Source of the DNA: an uncultured Porphyromonadaceae bacterium
GTDB lineage: Bacteria > Bacteroidota > Bacteroidia > Bacteroidales > Muribaculaceae
Direction: 5' to 3'
Length of the DNA: 50,992 bases
NCBI GenBank assembly: GCA_947166165.1
Contig: CAMVDK010000001.1
Location: forward strand, 1-50,992
Shown here: positions 45,900-50,992 of the stretch, piece by piece
Layout of the letters: every line of letters starts with the position of its first letter
Numbering within the stretch: position 1 is the stretch's first letter
Translations under genes and position numbers: made by a program
Notes under the pieces: generated by a model
Seen by the model: the letters and a program-made list of their open reading frames with translations, nothing else
Databases searched by the model: none
Told to the model about the DNA's origin: nothing

Positions 45900-48155
45900 T
45901 CAATCCGGGGTGTCGATGTCCCAGGTGATGGCGTTCTGCTGCTCGTCGAATCGCATGGTGACGGTGTCGCCGGGGTTGATGTCGCCGGCAATGATGAGCT
46001 TAGACAGCGGCCGGCGGATCTCCTTGCGGATGATGCCCAGGATGGGGCGTGCGCCGTAGTGCGCGTTGAAGCCCACGCGGGTGACGTACTGCCGGGCGGT
46101 GTCGTCGATCACGAGCGAGATGTTCTGCTCGGTGAGCGCCTTGAGCAGGTTCTTGATGTGGATGTCGAAGATGCGGTCGATCATGGCGGGCGTGATGGGC
46201 GAGAAGGGCACAATCTCGGTGAGGCGCGCCAGGAACTCGGGCCGGAACTGGCCCTGCATCACCTCGAGCATCTGGTCGTGGGTGGGCACCTGGTTCTGCT
46301 CGAAGGCTTTGAAGATGTAGTCGCTGCCTATGTTGCTGGTGAAGATGATGAGCGCGTTGCTGAAGTCGCCCACCCGGCCCAGGCGGTCGTGCAGCTTGCC
46401 CTCGTCGAGAATCTGCAGGAAGAGGTCGAACACCGAGCGGTGGGCCTTCTCGATTTCGTCGAAGAGCACCACGCTGTAGGGGTGCTGGCGGATCTGGTTG
46501 ACGAGCAGTCCGCCCTCTTCGTAGCCCACGTAGCCCGGAGGGGCACCGTAGAGCAGCGCCACGGAGTGCTCCTCCTTGTACTCGCTCATGTCGAAGCGCA
46601 GGATGTTGCTCTCGTCGTTGAACAGGAACTCGGCCAGGGCCTTGGCGAGCTCGGTCTTTCCGGTGCCGGTGGGGCCGAGGAAGAAGAACGAGCCCATGGG
46701 CTGTCCCTTCTTGTTGAGTCCCGAGCGTGACTCGTAGATGGCGTCGAGGATGCTCTTGATGGCGTGGTTCTGTCCCACCACGCGGCGGTGGAGAATCTCG
46801 TCGGCTCCGGTGAGCCGCTCGCGCTCCTCGCTCTGGATGTTGCCCATGGGTATGCCAGTCATCTTGGCCACCACGTCGCGCACGTCGTCCTTGCGCAGGC
46901 GCTGGTCGGCGGGGGCTTCGGCACCGGTGAGGGCGGCCAGCTCGCCGGCCACCTTCACGGCGGCCATGGCGCGGTCGAGCAGGTCGAGGGCCGACGAGGG
47001 CAAGTGCCGCTCGGGCATGTAGCGTTTGGCCAGGCGCACGATCTCGGCAGGCACTTCGCCATCGATGGGCAGGTGGTGGAAGGCTTCATAGCCCTCGCAC
47101 TTGCTCTTTACGATGTCGATGGCCAGTTGCTCGCCCGGCTCGTCGAGGGCGATTTTCTCGAAATAGGCTGTCAGCTCGCGGTCCTTCTCGATGTCCTTGG
47201 TGAAGCCGTCGACGGTGGCGGTGAGCAGCACCTGCAGGGTGCCTTGCTGCAGCAGCCGCTTGAGGCCCGGCAGGATGCCCGAGAGCACCGACTGCTTGTC
47301 CTCCACGCGGTGGAAGTTTTCAATCACCAGCAGCGGCTGTGGCATGGCGGCCAGCCCCTCGGCCACCTGCTTGAAGCGGTCTTCGATTTCGCCCTTGTAG
47401 GTCACGCCCTGGCTGAGCATGATCAGGTCGAGCTCGTGGGGGTGGATGGCCTCTAGCGAGGCGGGCATCTGGTGGGCGGCTATGCGCCGGCACAGCTCGC
47501 CAATGAGGCTGGTCTTTCCCACGCCGGTCTCGCCCACGATGAGCACGTTGGCGCGGTCCTTGCGCGCTAGCACCTCGACGATGGAGCGGATCTTGTCGTC
47601 GAAGCCGATCATGGGCTGCTGTGGCACATCGGCCAGCAGCGAGGTGCACAGTCCGGCCTGTGCGGCAGCCAGCGGTGCGGCGGCTGGAGCGGCCTGCCGG
47701 GTGGCTGTGGCGGCGGGGCCGTCGCCCAGGGTGGCCAGCACGGTGGCGGGCTGCAGGGGCATGGTCTTGAGCTGCTCGTAGCTGAAGCCCACGCCGGGCG
47801 AGAGCACGGCGGCGAGCAGGCACACCACGTTGGGCTCGGCGATGCCTCGCTCGTCGGCGAGCGTCATGGCCTGCTTGACCACACTGCGGCTCGCGTCCGA
47901 GAGCTCGGCGCTCTTCATGCCGTAGGGCGAGCGCGGGCACTGCTGCATGCGCATGTCGGCCCAGTCGACCAGGTAGTAGTAGTCGGAGGCCAGGGTGTCT
48001 TCGATGAAATTGTACAGCCCCACGTTCTTGTGCAGCATGGCGCGCAGCAGGTGGGCGGGTTCAATCTGTGGGCACTTGTTGTCGGTGGCAAACGATTGCG
48101 CGATGTGCAGCAGTCCGCCAGGCAGCTGCTGCAGGTAGTCAAGATATTTGCTCAT
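45900..48155 (-). CDS. tssH: Clp/Hsp100 AAA+ ATPase TssH (ClpV-like)
   Basis: Clp-N domain, D1 GETGVGKT and GVTYKGEIEDR, D2 GPTGTGKT, RFDMSEYKEEHS, GAPPGYVGYEEGG, VVLFDEIEKAH; no ClpB middle domain; directly precedes tssB. Confidence 0.88.
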   Translation of the reverse strand: MSKYLDYLQQLPGGLLHIAQSFATDNKCPQIEPAHLLRAMLHKNVGLYNFIEDTLASDYYYLVDWADMRMQQCPRSPYGMKSAELSDASRSVVKQAMTLADERGIAEPNVVCLLAAVLSPGVGFSYEQLKTMPLQPATVLATLGDGPAATATRQAAPAAAPLAAAQAGLCTSLLADVPQQPMIGFDDKIRSIVEVLARKDRANVLIVGETGVGKTSLIGELCRRIAAHQMPASLEAIHPHELDLIMLSQGVTYKGEIEDRFKQVAEGLAAMPQPLLVIENFHRVEDKQSVLSGILPGLKRLLQQGTLQVLLTATVDGFTKDIEKDRELTAYFEKIALDEPGEQLAIDIVKSKCEGYEAFHHLPIDGEVPAEIVRLAKRYMPERHLPSSALDLLDRAMAAVKVAGELAALTGAEAPADQRLRKDDVRDVVAKMTGIPMGNIQSEERERLTGADEILHRRVVGQNHAIKSILDAIYESRSGLNKKGQPMGSFFFLGPTGTGKTELAKALAEFLFNDESNILRFDMSEYKEEHSVALLYGAPPGYVGYEEGGLLVNQIRQHPYSVVLFDEIEKAHRSVFDLFLQILDEGKLHDRLGRVGDFSNALIIFTSNIGSDYIFKAFEQNQVPTHDQMLEVMQGQFRPEFLARLTEIVPFSPITPAMIDRIFDIHIKNLLKALTEQNISLVIDDTARQYVTRVGFNAHYGARPILGIIRKEIRRPLSKLIIAGDINPGDTVTMRFDEQQNAITWDIDTPD

Positions 48156-48214
48156 ATCGTTTTATGATTGATGTGATTTAGGAGTGACGGCGGGGCGGCG
48201 CTTGGCCGGGTGGG

Positions 48215-48892
48215 CTATGGCTCTTGGTCCACTTTCTCGAGGAATGCCGTGGGGACGTAGGCCGTGGTGACGAGCCCGACACCGGCCACGTGGATCACCA
48301 CGCGCTGCTGTCCGGCCACGCGGGCCACGAGTCCCTCCACACCGCAGAAGGCGCCCTGGGTCACGCGCACGCGGTCGCCGCTGCGGAAGTGGCATCGTCC
48401 CGGAGCCACAAGCATGATGTGCTCGTTGTGGCTGCGGGTGGTGAGGATGAAGTTCTCCATCTCGCGCTCGGGAATCACCAGCGGTGGGTTGAAGCCGTCG
48501 GCGTTGCGGTCGAGGCGGTTGTAGTAGAACTCGAGGTAGTCGAGTTGGGGCGTGTGGCGCACGAGCTGCCGGGCGTCGGCTTCGGTGACGTAGGCAAACA
48601 CCATGTTGGGGATGAGCGACTCCAGACACAGCCGCAGCTTGTTGCCTAAGCGGCGCTTGGTGTAGCGCCGGGCCACGTAGGCGTAGAAGCCTCGCGCCAC
48701 AATCTGTTCGGCGGCCTGCTGCTCGCGGCCATAGGTGGCCCGCAGGGCGAACCACTGTTTGCCAGGCGCGGGCGCATACCTCACGGACACCCCTTCGCCG
48801 CCCACGGCCTCGGGGAGGGCATTGAGGACGGCCTCAATGCTGCGAGGAGTTTCGCTTCCTCGGAGGGTGTCCACATTAGACAATGTGACCAT
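48215..48892 (-). CDS. UpxY-family NusG-paralogue transcription antiterminator
   Basis: WFALRATYGRE, SLIPNMVFAY, NPPLVIPEREMENFI, KOW motif GDRVRVTQGAFCGVEGLVARV; start codon uncertain. Confidence 0.88.
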   Translation of the reverse strand: MVTLSNVDTLRGSETPRSIEAVLNALPEAVGGEGVSVRYAPAPGKQWFALRATYGREQQAAEQIVARGFYAYVARRYTKRRLGNKLRLCLESLIPNMVFAYVTEADARQLVRHTPQLDYLEFYYNRLDRNADGFNPPLVIPEREMENFILTTRSHNEHIMLVAPGRCHFRSGDRVRVTQGAFCGVEGLVARVAGQQRVVIHVAGVGLVTTAYVPTAFLEKVDQEP

Positions 48893-49134
48893 GCTGCACC
48901 ACTTGTAGCTATGGTGTCGGCAGCGAGTAGCTAGTAGAATCGGCTATAATCCGACACGCATCCTTCAGAGCGTCAACTCGGTGACGCTTTTCCTGGGCAG
49001 TTCTCATTCCATCCTTCACCAGCCTGATTTCTGGTCAAGGTGCAGTGATAGGTGGGTTCAAAAATCGGGTTTCCGAGCCAAAATTGAGGGCAGAACTCAG
49101 TTTCACCCCCTACCGAAGCCCGTGTTTCCGTGTG

Positions 49135-49165
49135 CAAAGTTATGATTTTTTGTTATATTGGCCAA
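49135..49165 (-). promoter_or_regulatory. Probable promoter of the UpxY-T6SS operon
   Basis: Minus-strand TAACTTTG (49142-49135) with TTGG 19 bp upstream, in an AT-rich patch; gives a leader of about 235 nt before the UpxY ORF. Confidence 0.65.
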
Positions 49166-49310
49166 TATCCCCTCAATTTTTAACATTCGTTAACGAATGA
49201 TTGATGCAGTTATTGCTCGCAATGTGCGGGCGAGCCGGTGCGTGTTGTGCTCGGGGGGGGGGAGACTGGGAGTGCGGCTGGCGGTGGGGCTTGCGATGGA
49301 TGGCCGCGCC

Positions 49311-50723
49311 CTACAGGACGGTTGGCTGCGTGGTGGGGGTGTGGGTACTGAGGATGCGCAGGGGCTTGGGGTAGAGGTTGTTGGCCCGGTTGCCGAGGTT
49401 GTTGACCCATCCGAGGGGGGCGCCGCGGTGGGTGATGAGCACGTGGCCGCGTGGCGCGTCGACGGCGATGGCCTCGCCGCGCAGGTAGCGCAGCGCGGTG
49501 GGATAGTCGACGTCGCACTGGGCGAAGGCGTCGCCGCGTCGGGCGCTGCTCAGCGCCAGGCAGTGGTCGGGGATGAGTTTGTGGCCTCGGGCGGTGGCCA
49601 GGGCGATGCCGCTGTGCAGCACGGTGGTGGCGGCGCGCAGCTGCTGCACCAGGGGGAGCCACTGCCGCGGCACGGCCTGCACGAGGTCGCCTTGCTGGAT
49701 GACGGCATAGAGGTCGGGGCAGTCGAGCCACTGCGCGGCGCTGGCCGCGGTGGCCTGGGCTGTGGTGCTGCCGGGGGGCGTGCGCCGCGCCCGGCCTCCG
49801 GGCTTGCCGGGGTCGGGTTGCCGGCCGTGGGCGGCGGGCGAGTGGTCGGCGGGCTTGCGCAGCACGGCCATGAAGAGGCCCTCGCCGCGCGTGCGGTGGG
49901 GCATGAAGCGGTAGGCGGGCAGCGCGCTGCCTATGGCGGGCTGGATGCCCCAGGCGGTGTCGATGTCGACGGCCACGGGTTCGGCGCCAAAGGTGGCGGC
50001 GATGTGCTCCACCATGAGTTCGTTTTCCTGCCGGTTGTAGGTGCAGGTGCTGTAGACGAAGAGTCCGCCGGGGCGCAGGGCGTTCCACACGTCGGCGACG
50101 ATGGGGCGCTGGCGTGCGGCGCACTCCTCGACGAGCGCCGGTGTCCACTGCCGTGCGGCCTCGTCGTCCTTTCGCATCATGCCCTCGCCGCTGCAAGGCA
50201 CGTCGGCCGCCACGATGTGGAATGCGCCCGTGAGCGGTGCGAAAGCCTTGGGTGCGGCGCTGGTGACCACGGCGCAGGGGTTGCCCCATCGCACCACGTT
50301 GTCGGCGAGCACGCGGGCGCGTTGCGGCACGATTTCGTTGGCCACCACGAGCGAGCCGGCGGGCAGCGCGTCGAGGGCGGCGGTGGTCTTGCCGCCGGGG
50401 GCGGCGCAGAGGTCGAGGCAGCACACCGGCTCGCTGCCGGCGAGGTGCCGCAGCACGTGGTGGATGAACATCGACGAGGCGTCTTGCACATAGTATCGCC
50501 CGCTGTGCAGGTCGGGGTCGAAGGTGAAGGCGGGGCGCTGCGTGCAGTAGAAGGCGTCGGCGCACCAGGGCACGCGCTCGGATCCTGGCGGCACGGCGGC
50601 TCCTCGGCGCACGTTGACGCGCACGCTCACGCTGGGCTCGCTGCCCTCGATGGCATCGCGCAGCTCAGCCCATTCGTCGGGCAGCAGTTCCTGCAGTTGG
50701 GCGATGAAGGCTTCGGGTAGCAA
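49311..50723 (-). CDS. RsmB/RsmF (NOL1/NOP2/Sun) rRNA cytosine-C5 methyltransferase
   Basis: YYVQDASSM, LDLCAAPGGKT, VANE, DVPCSGEGM, YSTCT, RFMPHRTRGEGLF, NRANNLYPK; TTG start. Confidence 0.92.
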   Translation of the reverse strand: MLPEAFIAQLQELLPDEWAELRDAIEGSEPSVSVRVNVRRGAAVPPGSERVPWCADAFYCTQRPAFTFDPDLHSGRYYVQDASSMFIHHVLRHLAGSEPVCCLDLCAAPGGKTTAALDALPAGSLVVANEIVPQRARVLADNVVRWGNPCAVVTSAAPKAFAPLTGAFHIVAADVPCSGEGMMRKDDEAARQWTPALVEECAARQRPIVADVWNALRPGGLFVYSTCTYNRQENELMVEHIAATFGAEPVAVDIDTAWGIQPAIGSALPAYRFMPHRTRGEGLFMAVLRKPADHSPAAHGRQPDPGKPGGRARRTPPGSTTAQATAASAAQWLDCPDLYAVIQQGDLVQAVPRQWLPLVQQLRAATTVLHSGIALATARGHKLIPDHCLALSSARRGDAFAQCDVDYPTALRYLRGEAIAVDAPRGHVLITHRGAPLGWVNNLGNRANNLYPKPLRILSTHTPTTQPTVL

Positions 50724-50796
50724 GGCTTGATGAAGTGGAAGGTTGATGCTTGGCGGTGGAGAGTGCAGCCGGGGCCTGATGCCCCATGCCGGCGGG

Positions 50797-50992
50797 CTAC
50801 ACGAAGATGTAGTTGCGAATGATCCAGTAGCTGCCTATGCCCACAATGTAGCCCACAAAGGCCACCCATGTGATGCGCTTGAGATACCATCCGAAGGTGA
50901 TTTTCTCGAGTCCCATGACCACGACTCCTGCGGCGCTGCCGATGATGAGCATCGAGCCGCCCACGCCGGCACAGTAGGCCAGCAGCTGCCAG
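50797..50992 (-). CDS. NhaD-family Na+/H+ antiporter, C-terminal end (runs off the right edge)
   Basis: Manual translation: WQLLAYCAGVGGSMLIIGSAAGVVVMGLEKITFGWYLKRITWVAFVGYIVGIGSYWIIRNYIFV-stop. Confidence 0.85.
   Translation of the reverse strand, partial: WQLLAYCAGVGGSMLIIGSAAGVVVMGLEKITFGWYLKRITWVAFVGYIVGIGSYWIIRNYIFV

Noticed and set aside
40210-48155. Prophage, tailocin or eCIS/BIS
   Set aside because: Split TssB/TssC sheath, TssD tubes, TssK and a Clp ATPase are T6SS-iii hallmarks; no capsid, terminase, tape measure, holin or Afp-type genes recognised.
45900-48155. Housekeeping clpB/clpC
   Set aside because: No coiled-coil middle domain, degenerate D1 and position directly before tssB-tssC.
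48893-49134. Known riboswitch, tRNA or invertible promoter upstream of upxY
   Set aside because: Hairpins are present, but I recognised no aptamer or cloverleaf and no inverted repeats flanking the promoter; an Rfam/Infernal search would be needed.

Overview
GC-rich Bacteroidales chromosomal window (TAnnTTTG -7 promoters, UpxY, T6SS-iii genes; a Muribaculaceae/Prevotellaceae-like host is an inference). The left ~10.6 kb holds mostly housekeeping genes (leuS partial, lipid A acyltransferase, AAA ATPase, MsbA-like ABC transporter, purN, hutU, Rpn-family nuclease) and the right end has an RsmF-like methyltransferase and a partial NhaD antiporter. Between them is a ~38 kb minus-strand gene cluster headed by a UpxY/NusG antiterminator. 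It encodes a Bacteroidota-type T6SS tail (TssH, TssB, TssC, two TssD/Hcp, VgrG, DUF4280 PAAR-like, a Tle1/DUF2235 effector with DUF2931 immunity, TssG/K/E/F). Between the spike and baseplate genes lies an apparently complete ubiquitin-like conjugation cascade: a Ubl ending in Gly, an HPN-type E2, a membrane-anchored JAMM peptidase, a multi-pass membrane RING+FHA protein (candidate E3) and an E1. Downstream are a GH73-LysM hydrolase, two membrane Ser/Thr kinases, a PP2C phosphatase and two WG-repeat proteins. I could not recognise the usual T6SS-iii membrane complex genes (tssN/O/P/Q/R). This T6SS/ubiquitin/phospho-signalling hybrid is the main candidate novel system. Non-coding features include two copies of a 178-bp MITE, a promoter-bearing intergenic repeat family and 24-bp direct repeats flanking the ATPase gene. 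All domain calls are from motif recognition by eye; no database search was run.
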